Below, piece after piece: positions 42,119-54,800 of a DNA stretch of 64,000 nucleotides. This stretch comes from Moniliella sp. 'wahieum' (Eukaryota). The notes beneath the pieces were generated by a model. It ran no database searches and had not been told where the DNA came from. It worked only from the letters and a program-made list of their open reading frames with translations. The number at the start of each line of letters is the position of its first letter. The first letter of the stretch is position 1. Position numbers and translations under genes: made by a program. The stretch lies in assembly GCA_003971905.1 (NCBI GenBank), contig RSEE01000001.1, positions 682,001 through 746,000 of the forward strand. Direction: 5' to 3'.

Positions 42119-42468
42119 GCGTCACACTCAAGTCCTCATGATCTGTTGGGGTTTCTCCCGATCCTTCTTGCTTACCGTCTTAACTCTTCTGAGCCGTCGC
42201 CCTCCCCCCCCACTGTCCAAGGTTTCCCTTTGCACTCGGTTTTCTGATGTTCATCACCTTTTTTAGATGGCCTATAGTATGCTTTGACTACCATGCTTCT
42301 CACTAAGAGCTGATAGTGTGTCTGAATTGTCATTGCGGTCCTTGGCACCTGTGCGGTCATGTTGAGAGGTTGGGAGAGAGCGTTCCGACTGATGGAACTT
42401 CATAGGGCTGCTGAGAGGTTTGTGGTCAAATACATCGGGATCAGGTGAGTGGTTTCCATTTTCAACCC

Positions 42469-42567
42469 CTCTCCTTAGCTCAGTTGGAAGAGCGTCAGAT
42501 TGTAATTGGTTATGACCCAAGTGGTTAAAAGCTCTGAATGTCCTGGGTTCGACTCCCAGAGGGGAGA
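42469..42567 (+). tRNA. tRNA-Tyr(GTA) with intron
   Basis: Acceptor stem CTCTCCT/AGGGGAG with C1:G72 and A73; D-arm TAGCTCAGTTGGAAGAGC; anticodon stem TCAGA/TCTGA with GTA at 42502-42504; intron about 42506-42531; T-loop GGTTCGACTCC; T5 terminator follows. Confidence 0.92.
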
Positions 42568-42977
42568 ATTTCTTTTTGCATCACTCTTGAGGGTAGGGAA
42601 GATAGGAGACTGAGTTATTGAGTGAAAGGAGAGGGGGAGAAACGAGAACAAAAGGCGCTACCAAACGGGGAGGCTCTCCCAGGAGAAATATCCGCTCAAC
42701 ATGGGGCCTGACATGTGACAACGGATGAGGCAGTTCAAAGAATAAGAACAAGTGAAGCTGCCCGTTAAGCTTCCGCCTTCTAGCATGTGGGCCCCAATTG
42801 GCCCTGAAGTCCTGTGAGGCTCAGACATCATCCTGAGTTGCTCTAATCCATTCGTGGCGATCCTGGGTCTTTGGTCATATGGATTGTGTTTCCAAGGCAC
42901 CACTTCTTCTACACCTTTAGATAGAGGCGGCTTTTGTTGTGCTATTTATGGAAAGAGTAAAAAATGGACCGCAATAA

Positions 42978-43084
42978 GACACTTTAGGGCAGTGGTTACC
43001 CCGTTCGCCTGCTATGTGTAGCACCTTGCTCCAAGGGCCAGCGAATCCTCTCTGAGGGCGTGAGTTCGAATCTCACAGGTGTCG
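42978..43084 (+). tRNA. tRNA-Ser(GCT) with intron
   Basis: Acceptor stem GACACTT/AGGTGTC with G73; anticodon stem TTCGC/GCGAA with GCT at 43011-43013; intron 43015-43039; long variable arm CCTC-TCT-GAGG; T-arm GTGAG-TTCGAAT-CTCAC. Confidence 0.92.
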
Positions 43085-43095
43085 TTTTTTTTTTT
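43085..43095 (+). terminator. RNA polymerase III oligo-T terminator of tRNA-Ser
   Basis: T11 run immediately after the discriminator base. Confidence 0.85.
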
Positions 43096-43294
43096 CGCTT
43101 CGCGTGCCACATATCAGGTTTTAGGTTTGAAGTTTCGCGTTGGCTTGATCGCCTCCGCTCTTCGATTTGATCATCAATCATCGACCATCTTCCTGCGTGT
43201 CCGATCGCCAATTGTCCATCGCCAATCGCGAGCGGCGCTTCCGTTGCCACCACCACCTCCCCCCTTTCTCTCCGTTTCCTCCACTGCAGCTGCC

Positions 43295-46200
43295 ATGGCG
43301 GAGGCGCCTCCCGCCGGCTACTCGCATGCGGTCCTAAGTCGCGTCTACGCGAAACATGTCTATTCGCTCCGTGCATTCCTCGCCGCCGTCTTGCCTGGCC
43401 GCGCCGCTGAGGCCGACGCGCTTGCTGCCTCCTTTGACGTGCACCGCTATGTCATCGCCCCGGAGCTTCCTCTGTCTTCGTTTGTAACACCTGCTTCCAC
43501 CTCATCCGCCTTGGCCATGCCGCCGCAGAACGTGAGCCTGCCCGAGGTCCTGGCGCGGGCCCAGTCAACGCTGTTGGACACCAAGGCTACCCGCTTGGCC
43601 GACGGACGTTGGCCTTCGAGCAATGTTCTAGTGCTTGGCTACCGTCCTCTCGATGCTCAGCACCGCGGTGCCCTCCGCATGGGTCCCACTTCCATCGCCA
43701 ACACCCACATCAACAGCTCTGTTACCCATATATCCGAGTCTGCTCTTTTCCAGCGCCTCGCACAGCTCGCATTTCCCCTCCTGCACAAACTCCTTACTCG
43801 TACTGCCATCTTTTGCCGTCTTCCTAATGGCACCCGCACGACCGAGTCTTTCTTGCAGCTTACCGGCCGACTCGCTGGCGACGTGGCACGCGGACGTGTA
43901 CCTGGCTTGCCGTTACTAGGCACACCGTCTTTTGAGCCCGAACCCGCTCTCGCTCCCATTCCAGACCCACGTGCCGCCGTAAGCATCGGTACCAAGCGTT
44001 CCCTCCCCTCCGACGATGGGGAATGCGCAAAGGAACAGCCAAGGAAGAGGTCTCGGACCCGCCGTTCTCGCCCCCGCAAGAAGGGGTCGGAAGTCGTTGC
44101 TGAATCACCACTCCCTCTCAATGTCGAGTCGGCTCCACAGCTTGGTTCCCGTAGTTGGGGCCGCTCCAAGAGCGACTTGGCTGCCCCTTCCCGCTTTCCG
44201 ATGCGCATCCACAGTATACCCAACCATGTTCGGGATACATTTCCTTCCAGTACTCAGCCTCTTTCCGGTCGGTCCGTGCTCTCTGGGTCGTCTCCTGCTC
44301 CAGGGCACAACCGTGGAGGCACATTGGCGTCACCGATTCGCACGCCCAACTCGATCGCATTTGTGCGCAACCGGATCTTTTATGCGCGCCCAGTCCGGCA
44401 AAATGGTCGGGTGGTCCCTGCGGGACTGCCGCCGACCCACATCCTTAACCGCTCGGCCAAGATGTTTCCTCAAGGGGCACTTCGTCGGCGCCGGCGTCGG
44501 AGAAGAAAGACAAGAAAGAATGGAGGTGCTACGAGGGGCGAGTTGAAGAAGCCCATCGGCTCCAAAGCCCAACTCCAAAGGGCCCGGATGCTGCGTGGCC
44601 GTCTGCTCGCCAAGTATGTATTCCCTCGTGCATATGGTTTGCACAACGTCCTTTCTTCGCCCGTGCGCCAGGACACGACGCACCCGTTACCCGAGTATGG
44701 CGTTCGAGACAGTGAGATTGCCGAGGCGAGTCGGACCCGTCAACGGAGGGCAAAGGGGAAAGATTCGGCCTTTGCGCAGGCTCGACTTCGGATTGGCTTG
44801 CCACCTCCACCCGGACCCCCTTTACCCGTCCTCGGGCCCCGCTTCTTCTCCGGGGCTCCCGGGGCACAGAGAGTGTGATCCGATTGCTCCGCCGGATGGC
44901 AGCGAACCATGATACACTCAACTATCCTCTCCTGCTCGAGCGTACTTGCCCTTCGAAGATCCACCAACTCACCCTGTTGGATCGGTCCGAACTCGTCAGC
45001 CATCTTTCCGAGCTGAATGTGCCCTCTGCTACCCAGAACGATGGGGTTGCGTCTGGCTCGGCCTCGAACTCGCGGTTGCATCAGGAAGAGGTCTTGGCCC
45101 ACGAAACTCGCGACTTGGATCAAGCGTCAGGGTGGATGCCTGAGGAGGCGCTGCCAACAGGCCCAGCCCGTGCTCCCGTGCCCCCACTCGCACATTCCTC
45201 GCACTATCGATTGGGGGAAAACCTTCCTTCCTCTACACCCCTGGACCCGCACGGCGCTTCCGCATCGCAAGCCCCCAATGCGAGTTTGCCCCACGGGCCA
45301 AGTCAGCCGATCTCATCAGGCAGTACCTCGGTAGCGGTTGGGACAGGAGCCCCTGCCCCTGCCTCTGCCGCAGGTTCAGGAGTTGGTGGCAAGAGGGAAA
45401 ACAAGTCACCTACGCCTATATCGCTAAATAAGTTTGCTTTCCGACACTCGGATGTTGCGCGCTATGCGATTGCCGTCTTCCGACGTCTTGTTCCGCATGC
45501 TCTGCTGGGATCAACACACAACTGGGCACTGTTTGAGCGAGGTGTGTTACATCTTCCTCGTGTGTGTAAGTTGGCGGCTGACAAAAACTTTCTGTCCTAG
45601 TGGTCAAGCTTTTTGTTCGTGCCCGACGGTACGAGACGATTACCTTGCATGAGGCGCTGCAGGGCCTTCGTACCTCTGATATTCCCTGGCTTCCTGGTGG
45701 GCAGCCGGGAAAAGGGGGCAAGCGCCCTCGTGTGGATCAGCAAACAGCGCGTGAGGCTCGGCTGCATCTTTGCGAACTAGTGTACTATCTCATTGACAGT
45801 CTCTTGGCTCCCCTCTTGCGCACCACCTTTTACGCCACCGAGTCGGGCGTGTTGCGGAATCGGGTGCTGTTTTTTCGTCAGGACGATTGGGCTGCGCTTT
45901 CGGCGCCGATTTTATCGCATATGGGCACCGCCCTCTTCACTCCCATTCCGCGGCGGGAGGCCATCGCCCTTATGGCCGCGCGTAAGCTTGGCTATGCGCA
46001 TGTCAGATTGCGCCCCAAGAACCGCGGAGTACGTCCCATTGTCAACCTCAAGCGTCGCTCTGTTCGCCGCTTGCGGCCTGCCAACGCCAACCCAGCGAAG
46101 AAGCAAGAGGAAGAGGCGACCGACCAGCGTGAGGCACATTTGCAAAAGAGTATCAACCAAGTCCTCGACGCGGCGTTCCATGTGCTCTCGTACGAAAAAA

Positions 46201-48204
46201 CCGCTCAATCCGATCGGTTTGCCTCGTCCGTCTTGGGTCCAAACGACATTCAGCGAGCTCTTCGGGAGTTTGTTCCTCGTCTCCGGGAAGCCAGTGCTGC
46301 CGGACAGAGAGTGTATGCCGTCAAGGTCGATGTCAAGGGCGCGTTTGACACCATTGAACATGGCCCGCTTCTCCGTCTGCTAGAGACGATCGTGGCAAAT
46401 GAGGCCTACTACATTCGCCCGTATACCTTTGTTGCCCCTGTGCCCATTCCGCCCACCAGTCTCGCGCCCAACCCGTCTCCTCAACGATACACACCCGGGA
46501 ACCCTTTGCCGGGCCTGACGGTCAAGTATAAAAAGTCAGCGATACCAGACTGGGACATGAAACCGTTTGACGAATGGCTGGTCTCTACCGATCGTTCTAC
46601 CCGCACAGCGGCAGGGCTGCCAACCCAAAGCGGTACTGTGCCTATGGAAACACTACCGCCTGGATCGGGGGTGGGTGGTGTGGCGGGAGCTGCCGGTGGA
46701 CTACGTTCGGCGGTCGTGGCGGACACTGTATATGGCGGTGGTCACGAGACGCGCGCCCACCTTTTGTCCCTAATCAAGGAACACATTACTGGCAACTTGG
46801 TCAAGATCGGTCGTGAGTTTTACTGTCAGCGAGTTGGCGTGCCGCAGGGCAGTCGGCTATCGACGCTGCTCTGCTCCTTCTTTTACGCGCAGCTTGAGTC
46901 GGACCGGCTCGGATTTCTTCGCGAGGGAAACGACAAGCATCCGACCCTGCTTCAGCGCTACACACGATTTTCTTTTGCTCACCACGGATGCCAACAAGGC
47001 CCATCGCTTCCTCGACACGATGCGCGCCGGACACGCCGAGTTTGGCTGCTATATCGCCGAAGACAAGACCCGGACTAACTTTTTCCATCGATGTGATGAC
47101 GGCACTCTTCTCCGTGCTCACTATGGCGAGTGGTTCCCATGGTGTGGCTATCTAATTGGTACAGGTCCTGCGCCTCGTATGGATGCCGACCCAGCTTTTA
47201 CAACGCCCCATTCATGTCTCGCCTTGGCCCAAAATGGTGGGGCGGGTTCAGGATCGATGATCCCCGACCTACCTAACAAAATTCTTGACTTTTTCCATGC
47301 GACTGACTGCTCCATGCCCGGCGAGGTACGATGGGATTTTGGTCGAGCGGGCTTTGGCGATGTGCACGATTCGCTTACCATCTCGACCGGGCGCAACCCG
47401 GGTGCCAATTTGGCCTCCAAGCTCTGGCGCAGTTTAGGCCATCACTGCCATTCCATCTTTCATGATCCCTACCTCAATCGCCCTTCGTCGGCTACGTGGA
47501 CTACCTATGTCTCATGCTTGGATGCAGCTATGAAGTTCCACGCCCATTTGGAGGTGTTGCGTCGGACTCGACAAAGCTTTAGGGATGTCCATCGTGCTCA
47601 CCCTGCTGCCAAGAGCAGGTCGTCTCCTTCCAAGTCCAATCCCAACTCAAAAGGCAAGGGCGTTGCAAAGGCTAAGGAGCAGGGACCCAGTCGACGTGCC
47701 GCTCAACGCGCTGCCGACGCGGCTCGGATCAATTCCGAGGCCCGTAAGGCCGACGGCCTCTTTAACCTCATTCTCCGTGCTGTCGAGTTTCGTGCGCGCA
47801 CAGTGGCCGCAGTGGCTAATCGGACAAGGAGGTCGCTCGTGCGAGAGCAGCAGGCAAGCGGATCCCAACCCTCTGCTTCGCCCTCCCAGGCAAACGGGGT
47901 GCCGATGAATCTAGACCATTCGTTGCGCCGTGCCAGTCAGGTCCCCGCCCTGGGCCCTCCACGGTCCGAACAGTCGGCGGACGTATACCTGGATCGCGTC
48001 TTCCTCACGTTTCTCGGTCTCGATGCCTTCCGTCGCATTCTGGCCTGCACTAAGGCGTCGCGTCGCATTCACAGTTTGCTTCTCGCCCGGATCGAACGCT
48101 ACCTCCGCCAAGCACCCCCCAATTTGCAGCGCCGTGTGCGTGGCGGCAAGTGGGTACCGGGCCACCCCGATGCGCTGGCGGTTCAGCTTCCCAGGGCGGA
48201 ATGA
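43295..48204 (+). CDS. TERT: Telomerase reverse transcriptase (Est2/Trt1), frameshifted
   Basis: TEN/GQ: SNVLVLGYR and LLTRTAIFCRLPNG..FLQLTG. CP: NYPLLLERTCP. QFP: VARYAIAVFRRLVPHALLGSTHN. T motif: FYATESGVLRNRVLFFRQDDW. Motifs 1/2: VRLRPK..VRPIVNL. A: VKVDVKGAFDTI. B': QRVGVPQGSRLSTLLC. C: LQRYT/DFLLLT (frameshift). E: WFPWCG. Intron 45542-45600. Confidence 0.96.
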
Positions 48205-48636
48205 ACATCCGCATCGCTTGCCGCCGTGCCCTCCGTCTGGGCAATCGCCTTTGGGACGATGCAAAAAGCGTTGTGTCTTGGATCAAGTACTAGATGACAA
48301 CTCGATCCCCTTCTTCCTCAGCTTAAACGCGGTACTCGCCTACGATTGGCAACCAACGACCAACGTGGCAAATCTATGCGTTCCAGTTCCTTACGAGGTT
48401 AAGCCTCACGAAATCTATAGCGCAACAGCAAGATGGGTGGGGCGGAGTGAGGATGCAGAACGCATTCGTTTTCAGGGGTCATGTAGCAGCACACTTGGCT
48501 GCGGCATAGAAAGGGTCCCGGACGTGCCCCTGGCAAAGCCAAGTCCCTCCGGGGGTTGGGAGGTCCACAGGGACACTGAGGACTCTGGCCAGCAGGTAAA
48601 AATGTACAGCTGGCAACAAGCAGCAGGCTCGAGCAT

Positions 48637-49006
48637 TTAGAACGAGAGCGCAGCACCCTTCTGCTTCTTGTCACCACCAAGCTCGAAGTGCTTGCAGCGC
48701 TTGAGCGCGACGTGCGAGCGGTACTTGCAAGCCGAGCACTCCAGACGCAGCACCACCTTCTTGGTCGTCTGGCCTTCTTGTGGAAGACGGGCTTGGTCTG
48801 ACCACCGTAACCCTTCTGCTTCCGGTCGTAACGACGCTTACCCTGGGCGTAGAGCGAGGCCTTGCCCGTCTTGTACTGGGTGACCTTGTGGGGGCTGTTG
48901 GGAGGTTAGTCTCTCTGGCCAAAAAAACACAGGGAAATACTCACGTGTGCTTCTTGCAGTCCTTGCCCTTGCAGTAGGTGCGGCGAGTCTTGGGAACGTT
49001 GACCAT
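48637..49006 (-). CDS. RPL42: 60S ribosomal protein eL42 (L44/L36a)
   Basis: [83 protein letters not shown]. Intron 48895-48944 (GTGAGT..ACTAAC..CAG); one missing A near 48770. Confidence 0.97.
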
Positions 49007-50101
49007 CGTTGCAAAACTGCCAAACGCGTTGCAGTGCGGTTAGTACCCAGGCCCATTCCTCCAGGTCCAGCCGAGCACGACCGGCGCCCCCGCCCTATAC
49101 CAGTGAACCACTGGCGTGCGAGCAATGGCAGGGGCCTGTGCCCCGGCGGCGCTCACGCGCGCCTGGCACGTAGAGACCAAGTCAAAACTCACCTCGTTGA
49201 CGATGGATCAGAAGCTTGCCCTGGTGGGCGCCGAGGCCACCAGCCAGCAGAAAGCGTAGAGGGCCGGGATGGAATAGGGTTGGAGACACTGCCTCCATGC
49301 GGAGCAACAAAAATAGGCAGACCCGCACGGAGGCGCTGTCGAATGTTTGGCCAACGGCGTAATCAATTGTGGTATGGGACGTTCAGCACCACACATCACA
49401 TGTGATGTGGCAGCTCACGCTGCCACTAGTCCTCTCATGTCACGTGCTCAGTGTCACGTGCTGGCGGCGGACACCAAGCCCACGCGACTCTGTTGCTCCC
49501 CGCGCGCCCCAATTCGCGCCCCTGGGCCTCCTCCACCGCTTCCTGGCCCCAGCCAGTGTCTTCCCCCCCCCCCTCTCTTCCTTCGAGGGCCATCCATGTC
49601 TTGTATATGCCCCTAAGCTTGCCCCAATGCTGATGTGTCTGATCCGGCTGTTGTGGACGACAGAATTGCTCTGCTCCGCGGGAAGCGACAGGTGGCCCTG
49701 AAATGGCGCCAGCGGCGTAAGTTTGATGCTGAGGCGGCTGGAATTGATCTCCTGGTGGTAGCACTTCAATGACCCCAGCCCTAACTTGGCAACAAAACCC
49801 AGCGTTGGGGCGCCCAACTATCCTTCTTCGCGCCCGATAGTGCCGGGCAACTTCATATCAGAATCAGCATCTACGTGATAGAACTGGCTCTTAATCTCAT
49901 TGTGTCAAGTACCTTTCGGAACACGCCATTTGGGGCAGACATGCATGGCTCTTGCAGCCGGTTGACAGGCCTTACAGCGAGAAGTAATAAATGATTTTGG
50001 AATTAAGCCAACAAGGGGGAAGGACAAAGCAGTCGCCTTACTACGGAGAGGCACTCAGGTGGGCCGGCCAATGAGCGAGGAGGCAAATCAGTACTCAGTA
50101 C

Positions 50102-51297
50102 TCAGTCTTCATCTTCATCTTCCTCATCCTCTAGGTCGTCCTCGTCGCCTTCATCCTCAAACTCGTCGAGGTCGTCAAAGTACCCAAAGTCCAGGGCCTC
50201 GCCTGTAAAAAACTGGATGGCATGGGGTATAACCGGTCCTTAAGCTCTTCACCCAACCGGTACTCCATCTGCAGCAGCGCTTCGTCCACCGCCTCATCAT
50301 CCGTACCGTTGCCCTCATTTTTGGCGGATGCTTGTACCGGGCTGAAAAAGTTAAAGAAGGAATCGGTCGGAACAGTGCGCTTAAGAACGCGTGTTTCGTT
50401 GGTGTTTTGTTGCGTTGCCTCTTGGACTCAACGCGGGTGGTGAGATCCTTGTCGCTACTACGCCACTCGATCTTGGTGCCCTCCATGTGATCGAAAATCA
50501 GGTTCCCAGCGCGATCCACCTCCTCGGAATAAATGTACGTCTTGGTCAAGGTACTGTTGGTAAAGTATTCGTTGGCCGGGTCAAACTCGAACGTCAACTT
50601 AAAGCCAGGTGGACCGGATGCCGGAAGCTGTTCCGAACGAATGTCCCAGAGCGAACGCAGCGCCTCCTCGTCCCGCTCTGACATGACCTCAGCAAAGCCA
50701 GGGTGGGTGTGCAGAACAGTAAGCCAGAACATGGGCAGTCCCTTTTGGCCATTCGGCGGGGCGGAAACCGAAGCCAAACTTGCTTGTGCCTCGTCTTTGC
50801 CTGCCCGAGCAGAGGTGGCCTTCTCCCCCTCAACAACTAGCTCCGCTGAGGGCTCACTAACGCCACGCACAATGTTCATGCGCTCCTTATAGAGTGGTGC
50901 AAACTTGCTCTCAAACTTGCGCTCCACCTCCATCACCTCCCGTTCAAACTCGGCCTCCAGGGCCAGGTGCTGAGCTTGGAGCCCCTCGAGACCGGCAAGG
51001 CGGCGTCGAATGTACACTGGCAACTGTTCTTCCAACGCGCTGGTGGCATGCCTTGTTTTGTTCGGGCCAGAGCCGAGCAGCGCTGCTAGGTCTCGGTCCC
51101 GGGCCAGCGCAGCTGCTGCCGCTTCAGTGGGCGCTTGGGCCGCTAGCAGCTCCTCTTCCTCCTCGACGGTACCGACAGTGGGGCGGCTGAGTGCTTCGCG
51201 AGTCAAAGGCTGGGTTTGGAGTGGTGTATTCTGTGGCGTAGGAGCCATAATCCTCGTTGGGGCGGCGCCCAACGTTGAGGCCGTTGAGTTTCGACAT
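50102..51297 (-). CDS. NAP1: Nucleosome assembly protein 1
   Basis: APTPQNTP; LEAEFEREVMEVERKF..PLYKERMNIV; GLPMFWLTVL; FKLTFEF..NEYFTNSTLTKTY; KQRNK; acidic C-terminal tail ending EDED*. Confidence 0.92.
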
Positions 51298-51879
51298 GGG
51301 CTGCAAGTGGACTGACTGGAAGGGTGGTTGGCCGAGCCAGTCCACAATCCACGGCAAAAAAGTGGGCTCTGGTGGGCCAAAAGTGTCACCGTTATGTAAT
51401 CGACGGCAGGAAAGGGGGTAAATCCGGGTAATAATTGAACTACCAGTAGACGAGTGCCCCCAGAGTGTATTTTGGGAGGGTAGGTATTATAGGGCGAGGC
51501 ACTGGTTTGCTTGTTGCCAAATGTACAGACTGCCACCAGAGCTAATGTCCTTCTCTACCTCATCCAAACTTAGTACTCATCATGTGGGGCTTCGGCTCCG
51601 TCGAGCGGCCGCAGCTGCGTTCCGGCGGTGCGGTTTCTAGATCAGTGAGACTTGGACACGTTGAAGAATGCGATCCTCAAATACAGCTGTGTGGACTGCA
51701 AGTATAGAGAGAGGGGGGCGTTAATCAACCCATGATGGAGCCATATGTGAGCGGGGAAATCGAGAAAAGGGCGGGAGAGGAATAAGGATATGTTATGGTC
51801 ACAAAGCAACAAGAATCAAGTTTCCAACCCCTCTGGGGAAGCGCCCCAAGAAAGAGGAGAGAGGCGGCGCCACATTGTG

Positions 51880-54800
51880 CTAGGATTCCTCCTCGAACGG
51901 GGGGGCGACCTCGCTCGGCGTGATGGGAAAGGGGGGAGGAATGGGATGCGGAAGAACGGTGCTTATATCTGGTGCACCGGGTGCAGGCGAGGAAGATGAA
52001 AGATGCTCCAGTGAGGTGGCCGGCTGCCAACAGGCCTGCACTTCCATCCCTTGGGGTATGTCAGGGAGCGAGTTGACTGAATCCGTGCCATGTCCCCCAT
52101 CCAAAAAGGTTGGCTGGGACAGTACGCCCACCCCAAGGCTCCCGGACCTCGAAGGTGACACCTCATTTGGTGCAGCGGAGATGGCAAGAAGGATGATAAC
52201 GAAGAGACAGAATGGCCACTGATGGCCATCGTGCTCAAATCATGATGAAGCACTGCACCTTCATCCTCAGATGGTTCTACCGCTCCCCCCTGCTGCGTGG
52301 CCCGATGGCTCTGGTTTCGGTTGCTTCTGCAAGAAGAGCGGGGGGGGATGCTGGGTGCTCTGGGATCAGGTCGTCAACCATAGACCCATCAGCCGGCACC
52401 GGTATAGGTGCCATGCTCTCTGGCTCAAAAGGCGGTTCGACGCCCAAAGACTCAGCCGCATACCACGGACCGTCGCCGTCGGTTTGGCGTACTGGAGTAG
52501 GTGAAGGATGGGAGGACTTCGCGGAGGATGTGGTGGGTGACGAAAGGGGGATGGTTGGGCTTGGTCCTCGCCCGCCGAGGGGAACAGGACCTGAGGCGAA
52601 GACATCACGTCGGGCAGCGGACGGGGTACATCCGTTGGCTGATGGTCGCTCAAAGAGGAAGAAGGTCAAAGAAGGTAGTCTGCCGCCGCTGTGGCAGTAA
52701 GGGGGTATCGGATGCCTCATACGGGCTGCTCCTTGTGACAATGGGCATAGGCGAGATAGTATCGGAAGGATGCGTGCCACGCAAGGGACCTGTTCGACGA
52801 TTGCGCGGCGTTGCGGCAGCAGCCCGGGCAGCCACGGCAGCAGCGGCATGAGCCGAAGGCGGACTGTGTATTGCAGTGGGGTCAATGGGAGAAGAAACGG
52901 GAACCAACGGAACCATCTCTGTCATATCAACCCCAGATTCTTCGCTCGCTGTGGATGCCCTCCACCTCGCACTGAAGCTGATGGTGGAGAAGGGTATGGG
53001 TGAAGGTTCAATGAGCCAGTTTCGGCCAGGATGGGATCAGGAATGGGATCCTCTTAATTGAGGAAAAGGCTGGAGGGGCACAGAGACTTTGCGCGGGAAG
53101 GTAGCTGGCAGGAGTTTCCTGGATTGGAGGGCGAGGAGTATGTATAGGAAGTTCATCCGAAAGTAATGGTGCCCTTCCGCCTCGGCCTCGTTGCTGACGC
53201 GTTCCCCTTGCTCAAGAGGTAACGGAGCCCGAGAATCGGGGCAAATAGTTTGCTCCGTCGTCGAGCGAGGCATCTCGCCCGTTGTGCTCTCCTCAACCCC
53301 AGGATCAGCGTTTGCAGGCTGCAGCTCATTTCTCTCGCCCTCATCGCTGTCCTCATGTTGATCTTCCCCCTCGCTCGAGTCGGAAAGGGACTGCACACCA
53401 TCGTCGTCCGCCCAGCTGGGGGACGAAGTTGGCTTGGTCGAGTTGGAAGAGGGTGGTGGGCGAGAGTTGATGGAAAGTAAGGGTTTTGGTAACGCTGCCA
53501 GCCGGAGAACGAAATCGTCCCATTCAGCCCGGGACCGAACAACAAAAGCCAAGCAACATGCTTGGGTCCATCATCTTGAGCGGCATCCGATGCACTTTCC
53601 CACCATGGTAACTATCCAGCTGAGCCGGCGTGTAGGCCGTACACAGCCATTCATCTCCATCTCCCGGGCGAAGAGGCACGGCAGGGCGAACATGGTGCGG
53701 GTCAAGGTAGAGAAGCGAGTCGTTGCTGCTGTCCAGACCAACAAAGTAATACGAAGATGATGGTTTTCCACCGGCAATCCCGACGCTCGGGGGAAAGTGA
53801 ACGTAGCCTGGAGAACAATGTCAATAATGGACCATAACCACCTCGAGGGAACATACTTTGATATCCGTAGTACGATTCGTGCACCTTCTCCAACCCAAAC
53901 CTCATGCCAGCCAAGATAAGCACGGCTCGGCGAAAGGGCTCGGGCTCAGGCTCAAGCTCGTGCCCACCTCGTGTGGGGCCAGGGCGGTACAAGGGGTTGG
54001 GAGCAGCATAAGGGTCGCATCCTGGCACCGGCCAAACCGGTGCAGTACCAGCAGAAAGGACTTGGTGGGCGTGCACAGTACTGTCATGGGCGAGCACAAC
54101 AGCGAGTGGAGGTAATCCATCGTCTCGCGCATTGGTACAGCGTACGGGTGCGACTCGACACAGCGCAGGATGGCGCCTGCCGCTGTCGAGGGACCAAACC
54201 ATTCACCGGGAGCCTTTCCGAGCACAGCGCCTTGTTGGGCAAAACGATGGACCGAAAAGGGCACTCGCCCCGACGGGCTGTCCAAAAACGAGGTCAAGAT
54301 GCGAACATAGGCAGCATAATCGTGACTATCTGCATCGCCCACCGCCGGTGGGCGCATCGGACGACGCCAATCGCGACCCAATGCTACAGTTACCAACGAT
54401 TGGCCAACAGAGACTGGCCCGTCCGCAACATACAGCCCCACCCGGCATCGGTTGTGATCCCTCCCCGCGCCAAGCCGGCCGACTGGGCCGCAGCCACCGC
54501 GCGGGACCACAACCCGGCCATAGGCGCTCCCCACCGTTCCGCCCACCGTCCATTTTCTTCGGCCTCGTCCCGCTGCCCCAACGGAGCCACCCCCCCACCC
54601 GGATCCACCTCAGCCGCCGTGCTGGCCGTCTCGCTGATCTGCCCATCTCGGGAAATGGGCGGGAAATGACTGCGGTAGGAACACCAATTCGAGAATTAAA
54701 GTCGCACTGCAAGTCAGCAGCCCAAGTGGACGACGCCTGGGGAGAAGGGGGGCGATACACATCCGTCCTTTCGACCATTGCGGGGTGCCCTCGGGAAGAA

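Noticed and set aside
45600..47200. Reverse transcriptase domain as a retrotransposon or Penelope-like element
   Set aside because: Telomerase-specific GQ, CP, QFP and T motifs are present; there is no endonuclease, integrase, LTR or TSD.
49560..50000. CCCTAAC (about 49779) plus an Sm-like GATTTTGG (about 49993) between RPL42 and NAP1 as a possible telomerase RNA; also a roughly 50-codon open stretch at 49626-49772
   Set aside because: The template match is only 7 nt, the interval is short for a fungal telomerase RNA, and the ORF lacks an in-frame start or recognisable homology.
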